Positions 52,583 to 64,000 of a stretch of DNA of 64,000 nt are shown one piece after another (the stretch's first letter is position 1; each line of letters starts with the position of its first letter). The notes under the pieces were generated by a model. That model was given only the letters and a program-made list of their open reading frames with translations. It searched no databases and had not been told where the DNA came from. The stretch is from Octopus vulgaris. Lineage: Eukaryota. Position numbers and translations under genes: made by a program. The stretch spans positions 69,068,001-69,132,000 of the forward strand of contig OX597828.1 of the NCBI GenBank assembly GCA_951406725.2, written 5' to 3'.

Positions 52583-52891
52583 CACTGTGATCACCGTGAC
52601 TGACCAGGCTAAAAGATGTTGTTACACATCGCTGGTCACAATGCGCTTTGCATTGTTTTAGCCTTCAAATGACGCCACCCCGCTGGCTAAGCGAGCAGGC
52701 CAACAGAAGAAAGAGTGAGAGAAAGTTGTGGCGAAAGAGTACAGCTGGGATCGCCACCACCCCCTGCAGGAGCCTCGTGGAGCTTTAGGTGTTTTCGCTC
52801 AATAAACACTCACAACGCCCGGTCTGGGAATCGAAACCGCAATCCTACGACCGCGAATCCGCTGCCCTAACCACTGGGCCATTGCGCCTCC
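52583..52891 (-). mobile_element. tRNA-derived SINE family D (tRNA-Arg-like head)
   Basis: Minus strand ggaggcgcaatggcccagtggttagggcagcgga...ggtttcgattccc (A and B boxes) then non-tRNA body; 11-bp TSD agatataatat at 52572-52582 and 52892-52902. Confidence 0.85.
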
Positions 52892-53404
52892 AGATATAAT
52901 ATAGTGATATTAAAAAGAAGAAAAAAATTCTGATTAACTGAGATTATTCTGGCAATTAGTAGACAAAATCTGTTTTTAGGGCAGCTTAAAGTCTAAAAAC
53001 AACAAAAGAGATCTTGTTTGAGTTCTGTCAATGGGTTTGTTATTTGAGAGTTTAAATTAGTATTTATGTCTGATAATGTTTAACAGCATTTATAGTCAAA
53101 ATCTTAGTTGTTTATTCATATATACACATATAAGCAGACACAGCTACACATGTACCACACACACACACATGTATTCACATACAAATATGCATACATACGT
53201 GCATATTTTAAGTGGCAGTTACTTCAATGTTCCATTATTTAAAAAAATTAATCTTTATATCATGTATTGAGTTCTTTTCTGTTAATATATATAAATACAG
53301 ATATCCAAACTAATCTTCACATGTATGTCTGTGAGTGAGTATACATATGGGTGAATGAATTAAATATATATATTATATGTATATATGCACTCCTATAAAT
53401 ATTA

Positions 53405-53795
53405 CTTATACTCTTTTAATTGTTTCAGTCATGTGACTTTGGCCATGCAGGAGCACCGCCTTTTAGTCAAGCAAATCGACCCCAGGACTTATTCTTTGTA
53501 AGCCTAGTACTTATTCTATCGGTAACTTTTGCCGAACCGCTAAGTTACAGGGACATAAACACACCAACATCGGTTGTCAAGCAATGTTGGGGGGACAAAC
53601 ACGAACACACACACATACATATACATATATACGACAGGCTTCTTTCAGTTTCCGTCTACTAATTCCACTCACAAGGCTTTGGTCAGCCTGAGACTATAGT
53701 AGAAGACACTTGCTCAAGGTGCCATGCAGTGGGACTGAACCCGGAACCATGTGGTTTGTAAGCAAGCTACTTACCACACAGCCACTCCTACGCCT
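53405..53795 (-). mobile_element. CORE-type SINE family B
   Basis: Full-length match to 42604-43023. Confidence 0.88.
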
Positions 53796-54310
53796 ATACG
53801 TGTGCAGAAAGATCTTTAAAGAGAAGTACCCAACTGCTTCATCAGAATATCACCACAGACACCTGAATCAGCCAGATTCAGAAAGAAAACAAATCAGTTT
53901 AGATGTCTTCTATAAATAAAATCTCATAAATGAAGTTTGTTATGAATAAAAACAAAGACCAATTTTTAATACAACCGCTGTTCTAAAATGAAATTAGATC
54001 AACAAACTTTCTCAACAGAAGCTAACACTTTGGCAGTTGGCTCTTCAAAAACAAATGAATAATGAGGAGTTATGCTGAGAAAATTATGCTAATAAACTGA
54101 ACTAGACATCTGAAAAAAATTTGTTTATATCTAAAATAGCGAAAATTGTGGTTTTGGTAGTTTTTAACTGTTTTGTGGTTCATATTTCTAACAAACTACA
54201 CAACCCGTGTATTCCAATTAATTTTGAAAATAATCAAGACCTTGGAGGGAGACTGTAAAACAACTAAGATTTTAATTATTTGAGCTGGTATTTGGAGTGT
54301 AATAGTAAGT

Positions 54311-54881
54311 TCATCATCATCATCATCATCATTTAACGTCTGCTTTCCAATGCTAGCATGGGTTGGACGATTTTGACTGAGGGCTGGCGAACCAGATGGC
54401 TGCACCAGGCTCCAATCTTGATCTGGCAGAGTTTCTACAGCTGGATGCCCTTCCTAATGCCAACCACTCCGAGAGTGTAGCGGGTGCTTTTTACGTTCCA
54501 CCGGCACGGGGCCAGTCAGGAGGTACTGGCAATGACCTCGCTCGAATCTTTTTACACATGCCACCGGCACAGGTGCCAGTAAGGCAACATTGGTAACGAT
54601 CACACTCGAATGGTGCCCTTTTACGTGCCACTGGCACGGAAGCCAGTTGGCTGCTCTGGTAACGATCATGCTCAGATGGTGCTCTTGGAACCCTACTGGC
54701 ACAGGGCACAAGTGCCAGTAAGGTGAAGCTGGTAATGATCACACTCGAATGGTACCCTTTTATGTGCTACTGGCACGGAAGCCGGTTAGCTGCTCTGTCA
54801 ACAATCACCCTCGTATGGTGCTCTTTGCACCCAGCTAGCACGGATACCAGTCGTCAAATTTGATTTTGATTTCACTTGCCT
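54311..54881 (-). mobile_element. Retroposon family C, long copy
   Basis: (CAT)n tail, body, several ~62-bp repeats, 5' extension. Confidence 0.87.
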
Positions 54882-55290
54882 ATTATAGGATTTTTCATTT
54901 GAGCCCTTTAAAACAGGTGGTGCCATATCACAGAATATGAAGTGGTCTCAGGGAATTAGTGTCGAAAAGGTTAGATATTAAGGGACTGAACACTCGGCTT
55001 TCATGGGCACTTCAAGACTTGTGACACTAACATCATTAACAGTTGCAAGTTGATGGCTGCAGGGAAAACAGTTTCAAATGACCAACATCTGAAAACGAAG
55101 GACTAAATACAGCAGTTAGTGTGTCTCCTGAGAGTGAGTAAAGAGAAAAAAAGAGAGATGAATAAGTAGGGAGTCCTCGAGTGTCAGTGATGCAAAACCA
55201 ACTATTTCTGAAAAGCAGAGTTCATTGTAGTTGAGGTAGAAAAAGTAGAGAAAGGAGATGGAATGTCTGTGAGCTGCCAGGAATAATGAG

Positions 55291-55519
55291 GTGGCGAGCT
55301 GGCAGAATTGTTAGCGTGCCGGGCGAAATGCTTGGCAGTATTTCGTCTGCCGTTATGTTCTGAGTTCAAATTCCGCTGAGGTCGACTTTACCTTTCATCC
55401 TTTCGGGGTCGATAAATTAAGCACCAGTGACGCACTGGAGTCAATGTAATTGACTTAATCCCTTTGTCTGTCCTTGTTTGTCCCCTCTGTGTGTAGCCCC
55501 TTGTGGGTAGTAAAGAAAT
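55291..55519 (+). mobile_element. SINE family A copy with TSD, inserted in an older LINE-like remnant (~55000-55900)
   Basis: 12-bp TSD aggaataatgag at 55279-55290 and 55520-55531. Confidence 0.9.
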
Positions 55520-56649
55520 AGGAATAATGAGTGATCAATTAGCAAAGCTGACTCAAAGAGCATAAGGTCAGCATGTGAGAAGTAGAGTAGTACATTGTGT
55601 GGATTATGCACTGAGTAGTTGTATAAAGGCAATGTTTAAGTAAATCTGTAGGTGACAGAGGTAGTGATGATAGTAGAGATGGAGATAAAGATGATGAATT
55701 TGGTAGAGGCTGAGTTTAGTCCAGGGTATCTGAAGTGTCTGTGTGTTAATCAAAGTATCTTTCCTACAGATACTTTGGTGCAAGGGACAAATTCTGACAG
55801 CCATGGCCCAAAGAGAATTCCTTGACAAAGGCAAAAAAAGCTCCTGAACAGACTGAGTTATCCTGCTGAGGTGGAAATGATCTGATTCTTCTCAGACAAA
55901 AAAATAACTTCTACTAGGTCCAATTATATGACACCGTGAACAACAGGTGATGACCGACAATTCATGTGATGTTCCATGTATTCATGAAATATTTTGGTTA
56001 GTCCAAGGCTATAGCAGACACTTGTCCAAGGTGTCACAAAGTGGGACTGGATCCTAAACCATGAAGTTGGGAAGCACCAGTCCAATAAGTTTTCATAATT
56101 TAGCTGAAAGGAAGAAGCACTCATAGATTGGGTATTTATTTGTAGAGTATTATAAATTTAGTATCATAATGCTAGCAGCAAATTCGTGTTGAAGAACCTT
56201 TTAAGTGTGGAAAGGTAAATTAACAGTTGGTAGAAATGGCTGAATGGAACGGTATAGCTTCGGCCTTCTTTCTTAATTTATTTCTTTAATTATTTATTGG
56301 CGGTGTGAAAACGCTACAAAGGGTTTATGAAACTCGGAGATGAAAGACAGTGAAAAATGACGTAAAAGAGTGAAGAAAAAAAACACGGTTGTCCCGTAAG
56401 CTCGTTACAGTTATGTCCCTTACATCGGTTTTTCCCGTCATTAGCCTGAGTGTCATCATTGAAATAGCAACTGTATGTCCAGTTGTTTTGTTTTTTAAAT
56501 ATGTAATTGAAGAATGAAGAGGAAAATAATAGTGAGGTGGTGATGGTTAAAGAGAAAGAGATGGAGAAGGGGTGGGCCTTTTTAAAAAAAAAAAAACAAA
56601 TACAGGCACGTATATGTATGGATGTGGGGAAAATTCCTCTCTCGTTCTA

Positions 56650-56813
56650 CCATCATCATCATGATCATCATCATCGTTTAACGTCCGCTTTCCATGCTAG
56701 CATGGGTTGGACGGTTTGACTGAGGGCTGGCGAACCTGATGGCTGCACCAGGCTCCAGTCTTGATCTGGCAGAGTTTCTACGAGCTACTTACCACACAGT
56801 CACTCCTACGCCT
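56650..56813 (-). mobile_element. Chimeric retroposon: family B head joined to family C tail
   Basis: Minus strand taggcgtaggagtgactgtgtggtaagtagct followed directly by cgtagaaactctgccagatc...(GAT)n. Confidence 0.7.
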
Positions 56814-57018
56814 ATCAAGAACATTATATAACATAGGCTATATAAGTTCAGCATGGCCCATGAAATTTTCCAAAAGTCCCAAGGTAGACTATGAACTTAG
56901 AATATAACCCATCCCTAATATGGCAGTTCTAGCAATGACCCAGTAGAAACTCTGAGCTGAAAGTGCTTACAGTTTTTTTTTTTTTTTTGTAAAAAATAAC
57001 AATATTTTAAAAACTTAC

Positions 57019-57124
57019 AGTGGACTGCTGCCACGAAATGTTCCAGTGCATCACTATAATGTTCCAAAGCAGTGGGAACATTACCAGCTTTATCTTCTGT
57101 CACAGCAGTGCTGATACATTTAGC
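57019..57124 (-). CDS. ULK3: ULK3 exon (MIT1): AKCISTAVTEDKAGNVPTALEHYSDALEHFVAAVH
   Basis: tatAG acceptor, GTAAGT donor, 106 nt, phase 0 to 1; AVxxDxxG..AL..Y..AL..F MIT signature. Confidence 0.95.
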
Positions 57125-57391
57125 CTATAATAAAAAGAAGAATATACAAATACAACTAAATTTAAAGTAAGACCATAGAAATGGCATTTATAACATGTTC
57201 ATTTAAGGCTAAGTGGATAGCATATTAGTTTGTTTGACTTATAGATGGTGGAAGCAAATGCAGTTGCTAGCATTCAACTTTGATCTCATTCAAGGTTCTG
57301 ATTCTAGCTGCATCAACCTTGTTAGATATAACGGGGTGAAGAATGACTCAATATTTTCAATATAAAATGTAGTCAGAAAACAGCACAGCTC

Positions 57392-57690
57392 CCATGACCT
57401 TCGGAAACATTTTTTCACGCTAAGAGTTGCTGAAGCATGGAACAAACTGCCAGCATCAGTTGTTAGTTATTGGAACACTGCATCCTTCAAAACGTCCATG
57501 CTTCCTGAGATTCGCCAACACTACACCTGACTTTCTCCCCTTCCATACACACGCAAGCATGTATCTGACTCATACTCTGTTCACTTCCCAGACATTTGTA
57601 CATTACTGCATATACTCTATACGCACTTTTGACAAGCTGTGGTGCACCTGAGCACTGTATACAATAATTTCATTATTATTTATTATTATA
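57392..57690 (+). mobile_element. CR1-type LINE 3' end
   Basis: HDLRKHFFTLRVAEAWNKLPASVV...ASFK...* plus 3' UTR ending in (TTA)n. Confidence 0.8.
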
Positions 57691-58197
57691 TTCATACAGA
57701 GTCCAGGGATTGCTCATAAGATGTAGGAATACACTTTCTGTTTCTCAACAAATATAGTGTATTAATGAATAAGGTGTCAGTTGGTTCATTTTGAGTCGAA
57801 TCATATACCATGTCTGATATATTTCACCTTTGCATTGAATTATTCTTATATTAGGCCACCAAGAAAGAAGTTAGGATCCAAGGAAACAAATGAATTGTAT
57901 GTATCGTGCCAAACAAGAAGTTCAGGCTTATCACAAAACCACTGGAGCCAATAGTTGGAAGGTACTGCACTGGGGCTCGAGTTTCAAAGAGACAAAACAG
58001 GTGTGTTGGTGTTTCAGAGAAGAGATAAGATTCTGGAGCTGGGTGCCAGTGCCAACAGACAAGAACTATTCTCAGTGTGTGGGAGACTGGTGGCTCACTC
58101 TCCATTCATGGGGTGGCTTCGAACAGCATTCAGCTACGTCAAGAGATGAGTGGGTGGGGCAAACTGGGGAGACAAAGAGGATGGTGGAGATGATGTA

Positions 58198-58305
58198 GAA
58201 GATCCTAGAATCCTAGAGAGAGTAGGAGCAGGAGAGGAAGATCCTAGAATCCTAGAGAGGGTAAGAGCAGGAGAGGAAGATCCCAGAATCCTAGAGAGGG
58301 TAAGA
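58198..58305 (+). repeat. 39-bp minisatellite, ~2.8 copies
   Basis: gaagatcctagaatcctagagagggtaagagcaggagag-type unit at 58198, 58237 and 58276. Confidence 0.9.
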
Positions 58306-58688
58306 AGAAACTGATATGTGCCCAAATTGGAGAACAGAACCATATGATGAGATGTGAGCAGCTTGGTAATGGGGGTTGTCCTGGAAATTGGGGGTGTTGA
58401 AATGGAGGACACAGCCTGGCTCCGAAGAACAGATGTAGAAGTGTGAGCTAGAAAGGGAATTAACCATGGTTTCTAGCGACGGGTTGGACAAGTTGGGTGC
58501 ATCTCAATAAACTTCAACCAGCCTCTGTAATTATGACGCAATAGATTGTTTTAGATTAATTAAAAAAGATAGAAAAATTGATCCAGCTTTCAATTTTCAA
58601 AGGTGATCCAAATACGAGGGGTGTTCAATAAGTAATGCCCTGATCCACTTTCCAGATAAGTTAAAGAAGGAAGGGAAAAGAAACTCAC

Positions 58689-58844
58689 AGCTTTTTCCAA
58701 AGATTCTGAAGATGGAGCATGAACCAGATCAATAAATGGATGGCAGAAGAATTCAGTGAATTTGATCCGTTTGTCTGGGTCCCTTTTTAGCAAGGAGAGG
58801 AGTAAATCCCGACAATTGTCTGAAACTTCAACTCCATATGGAAG
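58689..58844 (-). CDS. ULK3: ULK3 exon (kinase subdomain XI): LPYGVEVSDNCRDLLLSLLKRDPDKRIKFTEFFCHPFIDLVHAPSSESLEKA
   Basis: tgcAG acceptor, GTGAGT donor, 156 nt, phase 0 to 0; CRDLL..LL.RDP..RI.F..FF.HP..DL.H.PS.ESL is ULK3-like. Confidence 0.96.
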
Positions 58845-59499
58845 CTGCAAAGACACAACATAATTAATGGAGAATAAATATGATTTTTAATGATTTGATA
58901 AAGAATACAACAACAGAAATACATTAGATTTACAAGAGATATGGTATTACTATAAAATAAATAAACATGTCTATAATAGATAATTAGCCTCAACTTCTGG
59001 GTTTTCCACCAATAAGTTATTTTTATTGTTTTATTCATGAAATGCAATCACTTTCATCATCATTTTATTTGTTCTCTTATCGTTCTCTTTTGCTGAACCG
59101 TTAAGTTACAGGGACATAAACACATCAACACCAATTGTCAAGCAGTAGTGGGGGACAAACACAAAGACACACACATACACACACACAGAGAAAAGGCTTC
59201 TTTTAGTTTCCATCAACTAAATCCACTCACAAAGACCTACCTACCACAACACAATTGAAGTCCTAAAACCCAAGTGCCATGTAAAAAGCATACATGTGCA
59301 TGCTGGTGCCATGTAAAAAGCACCCAGTATACTTTGTAAAGTGGTTGGCATTAGGAAGGGCATCCAACTATAGAAACCAAGTCAAAACAGATTATGGAAC
59401 CCGGTGCAGCCCCTAGCTTCGTCATTTCCTCTCAAGCTGTCCAACTCATTCAGCATGGAAACAGACATTAAATGATGATGATGAAATTTGATGAACAGC

Positions 59500-59715
59500 A
59501 TCATCATCCTCATCATCATCGTTTAACGTCCGCTTTCCATGCTAGCATGGGTTGGACGGTTCAACCAGGGTCTGGGAAGCCAGGAGGCTGCACCAGGCTC
59601 CAGTCTGATCTGGCAGTGTTTCTACACCTGGATGCCCTTCCTAACACCAACCACTCCGTGAGTGTAGTGGGTGCTTTTTACATGCCACCGGCATGGGGGC
59701 TGGATGAGGCTGGCA
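59500..59715 (-). mobile_element. Retroposon family C copy
   Basis: (CAT)n tail and body; a degenerate opposite-strand copy abuts it at ~59270-59485. Confidence 0.85.
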
Positions 59716-60098
59716 AATGGCCAAAAATTATGAGAAAATTTAACTCAGGTGGAAAGGAATAAAATCAATTCAATTAATGGCGCTAAAAGATGGTGTATGA
59801 TGAATGATGAAGCTGAAATCAATGGGAAAAGGACGAGAATCGTTAATCAAGAAAGAAAGCAAAACATGAATGACAATGATAGGCAAGAATAATTTGTACA
59901 AAGGACATTGGAAAATTCCAAAAGGGGCTCTGGAATTTCCCGGGTACTGCTACTTGATATTAAAGCAAGGATTTTGTAATAAAAAAAGGAATTATTCTCA
60001 TAATTGTGTGATTTATTATTAAAGGAAAGGAATATGATAATGCGGATGAAGAAGATAATGATAAAAATGAGAAAAACAGAGTAAGGCTTTTTCTTTAC

Positions 60099-60181
60099 CG
60101 CAATGGGCCAGCTATCAGTGATTTTTTCTTCCAGTTCTGTAAAACTTCTGGATGCAAATGGTGCTTGGCCAAAAAGGCACT
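60099..60181 (-). CDS. ULK3: ULK3 exon (kinase IX-X): (E)CLFGQAPFASRSFTELEEKITDSWPIA
   Basis: tttAG acceptor, GTAAAG donor, 83 nt, phase 1 to 0; LFGQ.PFASRSF.ELEEKI closely matches ULK3. Confidence 0.96.
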
Positions 60182-60233
60182 CTAAAAATGAAAATGGAAA
60201 ACTATTACTAAACAGAATTATTAAACATTAATA

Positions 60234-60628
60234 TATTATATATAAAAGTGAGGTTGTGTGCTGTCTGTCTCCTACGATTTAGATTCCTAACTACTCCCAC
60301 ATTTTGCGATGCAGTTTAACCAAAACCGGGTATCTTATAGTCGTGATTCACATCGAGCCCTTCTGGGTATTAGCGCGCGTCTACGATGAGTCTACGATTT
60401 AAAAAAAATTTACCATCAATTTTTCCCATTTTTAATGCATTTTTGGCATATATAAGGGAAGTAACTCTCTAAAAAATTATTATTAAATCTCAGAACGTAA
60501 AAAGCTACAGTAACACCCCATCCTTTGTGGTTAGCCATATTGAGATGGCTATTATACTTTACATCTCTAAAAATTCTTATATAGTTATTTCCCTTACAAA
60601 CCCGAGCAACGCCGGGCGATACTGCTAG
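60234..60628 (+). mobile_element. Non-autonomous Helitron
   Basis: cccgagcaacgccggg hairpin and CTAG|T end, similar to the 9321 end; 5' end eroded. Confidence 0.8.
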
Positions 60629-60886
60629 TATATTATATTAAAACATTACTAAGGATTTCTAGCTTAGTAACAAAGCCATAAATTCTGGAGGGGAGTGTGT
60701 TGTTAATTTAAGGAACCCTGAAAGGAAGACAGGCAAAGTCAATCCTAACAGGATTGGAATATAAAACATAACTAAATACTGCCAAGTGTCTTGTTTGATT
60801 CTTCCAAATAAGGAAGTCTTTGTAATAGTCATAGGTCCTGCAAGAAATAACAGCTCACACTCCTTCAAATCACAATCTATGGTTTT

Positions 60887-61126
60887 ACGTAAAAAGCACC
60901 AACTGATCGTGGCCGTTGCCAGCCTCGCCTGGCACCTGTGCCAGTGGCACATAAAAAGCACCCACTATACTCACGGAGTGGTTGGCGTTTGGAAGGCATC
61001 CAGCTGTAGAAACACTGCCAGATCAGACAGGAGCCTGGTGCAGCCTCCTGGCTTCCCGGACCTCGGTCGAACTGTCCAACCCATGCTAGCATGGAAAACG
61101 GACGTTAAACGATGATGATGATGATG
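60887..61126 (+). mobile_element. Retroposon family C copy
   Basis: Body and (GAT)n tail. Confidence 0.87.
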
Positions 61127-61912
61127 AAGGACACATTAGATAATGTATTTCTATGGAAACAGGATGACCACATCTGCTCAGTCAGGACAAACATGGGACT
61201 AAACAGCAACCACCCGGCCCATCTGCATTGTTCTTATTTTCCAACACTTCTCTGGCAAAGTTTGTGACGGAAGCAGAGGTCCAGAGAGCAATTAAGTTTC
61301 TCTCAAATAGCAAGGCACCAGTCAGTCGAAGCTTTAAAACTTACAATATAGAGATAATACAATAATAATCACTACAAAAAACTTACGGCCAACTTTTTTT
61401 TTTTGATAGAAGGGAAATAACTCTTCCTTTTTTAAGGAAAAATAATTGCTCTTGATAAAGCAAGTCTTAATAATAATTAAAATAGGAGAAAGCATGTGTA
61501 AGAGAGAAATATTACGATGGCTAAATAATGCAATACAACTGCTTGGCACACCCTCGACTTGGTGGCCAGCCTAATGCGCTCCTCAAGCTGAAACATTGTG
61601 ATAATGTACTTAACATGAAACCCTACAAACTTAGGTTGCATGAATTAAGGACAGAAGGAAAGCTATAAGAATACTAAAAGCTTTATTTTTGATAGTTTGG
61701 CAGCCCCATTCAAAAGATGCCAAAACAGAAATCTCTTGAAGAACTTACTACATATCTAGAGATTAAAAAGTTTCCTACACTATGTCTAACGATTTTTATC
61801 ATTGGGAATTCTCAATCAAAAACTAACATTTAAAAACACATTAATACAAAAACAAATAAGGGAGTTGAAAATACACAAATGAAACATAAATAATTCTTCA
61901 ATTATTATTTAC

Positions 61913-62056
61913 CATAAAAAATGACACCTATAGACCACAGGTCCACTCGACTGTCATATTTCCGCTTGCAGAGGATTTCTGGTGCCATATATAACAAAGA
62001 ACCTCTCAAAGAATGCATTTCGGTACCTTCTAACATATGTTTAGCAAATCCGAAAT
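61913..62056 (-). CDS. ULK3: ULK3 exon (kinase VII-IX): (D)FGFAKHMLEGTEMHSLRGSLLYMAPEILCKRKYDSRVDLWSIGVIFY
   Basis: tccAG acceptor, GTAAA donor, 144 nt, phase 1 to 1; DFG, APE and DLWSxG motifs. Not in the ORF track. Confidence 0.97.
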
Positions 62057-62525
62057 CTGGAAAAGAAATTATGAGATATCTTAAATGATAACTTCTTAGA
62101 TTGGTTTGAGACTACATACCTACCTGGAGAAGTAAACCTAATATTTACCTGGTAATTATTTTCTTGATTCTTGAGCCTAAGTAGCCTCTGCAGTATTTCA
62201 CCTCATAATGGAGGGAATCAAATTAAATACTGTTTAGCATCTATCCTGTGTTTTGCTATTTCCATCTTATAATTATTGTAAGATGACAAAAATATTTAAG
62301 AGAGAATATAGTCAAATGCATAAAATTATTTTCCTAATAACTCCAGTAGTTATCATGCTAATTACATCTCCACCAACTCTTTCATCTGTTGTGAGCAGAC
62401 CAGATTTTTCATAGCATTAAGTGGATGAAAATGTAAATCTTCACTGTTTATTGTAGGCAACATTTCTTGAAGACTGAACGCCTGTCCTCAACAGTTAGCT
62501 GAATTTAGGTGCATTTTATGTGCTC

Positions 62526-62928
62526 ATCATCATCATTGTTCGACCGTGGTCGAGACAATGGAATTTACTATGCTACGCCAGACTTCACGGTCCATCATAG
62601 CATTATGGAGGTCCTGTTGCTGGATGCCTGTATCCCTGGGTGCGCCCTCTGGTATCGTGAGCAGATGGCTTCCAGAGGAGAAGAGTAGAAATTGCCTCGT
62701 TTTCAGCTCTACAACAATGTCTAGCAAACTGGACTTTTCTACCTTTCACAAGAGATGATACAGGTGGTAGTTTCCCATATATTTGTACTTTGGTTGGATG
62801 ATGCTTCCACGAGAGATTTTGAGCTCTGATAAGGAGGCAAGTGTAAGTTCCATCCAACCGCCTCTCAAGCTTCTTTGACAACGTCCAGGTTTCTGAGCCA
62901 TATAATAGAATTGGTTCGACTGTGGCTT
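62526..62928 (-). mobile_element. RTE-clade LINE 3' fragment
   Basis: ILLYGSETWTLSKKLERRLDGTYT.LLIRAQNLSWK...; same family as 16549-16895, with a small deletion. Confidence 0.88.
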
Positions 62929-62942
62929 TATGTGCTACTTAA

Positions 62943-63161
62943 CCCTTTAGTGTTCAGATTATTCTATCAAACATAATACTTATTGATTCACATTGATTTG
63001 AATTAATCATGCATTATCTCATATCTTCAAGATCTTGATGGTGTAATTACTTAATGTAGAATAACATTGTAGGGTAGGTGTGAGAGCCTGGATCTGGTCA
63101 GTTTGAACATAAAACAGATTAAGTATTTTGGCCGGATATGGCCGGTTTAAATACTAAAGGG
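62943..63161. mobile_element. piggyBac-type MITE, second family
   Basis: TTAA|CCCTTTAGT...ACTAAAGGG|TTAA. Confidence 0.87.
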
Positions 63162-63433
63162 TTAAACACAAAAATTTCACAAGATGAGAAGAATGTGCAA
63201 ACAGGGTGATTTTAAGGAAGAGTTATTGACTGAGAAGCTCTAGGTATATGGAATGGAAAATATGCAGAGCAAACCTGTTTTTATCAAGACTATGCTGGCA
63301 TGGACATAAAACCAATTTACAGATTCAGTTTTACCCAGCATTGACTGACAAATCCCAAACTTTGTTAGAAATTGCAACGTTTTACACTGCAAGAGGTGGT
63401 GATTGTAAGACAGAAGCATCAAGAAATATTTAC

Positions 63434-63538
63434 CTGCAATCTTTAGTATTGGGTTTTCTGAGGAAGTTAAGAGTATGTTCTGTGGTTTTAGGTCCATGTG
63501 AGCAACATTATTACTCCATAAAAAATGAATGGCAAGTG
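63434..63538 (-). CDS. ULK3: ULK3 exon (catalytic loop): LAIHFLWSNNVAHMDLKPQNILLTSSENPILKIA
   Basis: tacAG acceptor, GTAAAT donor, 105 nt, phase 1 to 1; non-RD HxDLKPQN loop typical of ULK3. Upstream exons are outside the window. Confidence 0.96.
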
Positions 63539-63557
63539 CTGTAAATAAACAAATCAC

Positions 63558-63559
<2 letters not shown>

Positions 63560-63596
<37 letters not shown>
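63560..63596. repeat. (TAA)n microsatellite next to the ULK3 acceptor
   Basis: About 12 units, ~20 nt from the AG at 63539-63540. Confidence 0.95.
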
Positions 63597-63597
<1 letters not shown>

Positions 63598-64000
63598 TCA
63601 TAATATTTCCAGGTCACACTGGTGAAGAGAGAGTGATATGATACAAGGGAAATGAGTGACAGCCAAATGTATCTGAGGAAAAATGGAACAATTTACAAAT
63701 AAATCATTTGGACTTAAAAACATTTCCAATTTGTTCTGTTCTGGACTTACTCTCTCACTTTAACCTCTCATCACATATCATAAAGGTGCCTCTTTCTCGT
63801 ACTCTGTCAAAAGAGAATCTTGGTCTTGCAGGCTGGGTGACAACCCCATTGGTGCTGGTGCTATGAAAAAAGGCACCCACTCAGTACATACTGCAAAGTT
63901 TGTGGGCATTAGGAAGGTTATCCAGCTGTGGAAACCATGCCAGAGCATGGAATACTGGAATACAATGCAGTCTTAGGACTTGTCAGATCCTCTCAAACCA

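Noticed and set aside
52820-52891. Possible tRNA-Arg gene
   Set aside because: No proper acceptor stem or terminator; it continues into a SINE body and is bounded by an 11-bp TSD.
58613-58645. tacgagggggtgttcaataagtaatgc, mariner-like TIR near a ULK3 donor
   Set aside because: Only one end found, with no partner TIR or transposase.
63240-63617. 125-aa ORF with an apparent poly-Leu signal peptide
   Set aside because: Poly-Leu comes from the intronic (TAA)n repeat; only 63434-63538 is exonic.

Overview
AT-rich, repeat-dense animal genomic DNA. The SINE, RTE, Helitron and microsatellite repertoire suggests a coleoid cephalopod, probably Octopus (inference). The only host gene I can support is a minus-strand ULK3 serine/threonine kinase (kinase plus two MIT domains). 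I traced 11 GT-AG exons between 63538 and 22155; they total 1068 nt and join in phase into one stop-free reading frame. The 5' exons lie beyond the right edge and the last exon is uncertain (best candidate 21886-21947). The rest is intron and intergenic sequence holding four SINE-like families, LINE fragments (RTE, CR1, RLE-type), a hAT/Charlie derivative, piggyBac-type MITEs, Helitrons, Penelope-like termini and microsatellites. Nearly all listed ORFs are repeat artefacts. The most notable non-obvious signal is about 11 minimal hammerhead-ribozyme-like motifs, some with core variants (U3-A8 covariation, recurrent A6U) and three on the ULK3 sense strand inside introns. Inverted SINE pairs could also form dsRNA in the ULK3 pre-mRNA. 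Repeat boundaries are approximate unless a TSD or TIR is quoted; identities are by eye.
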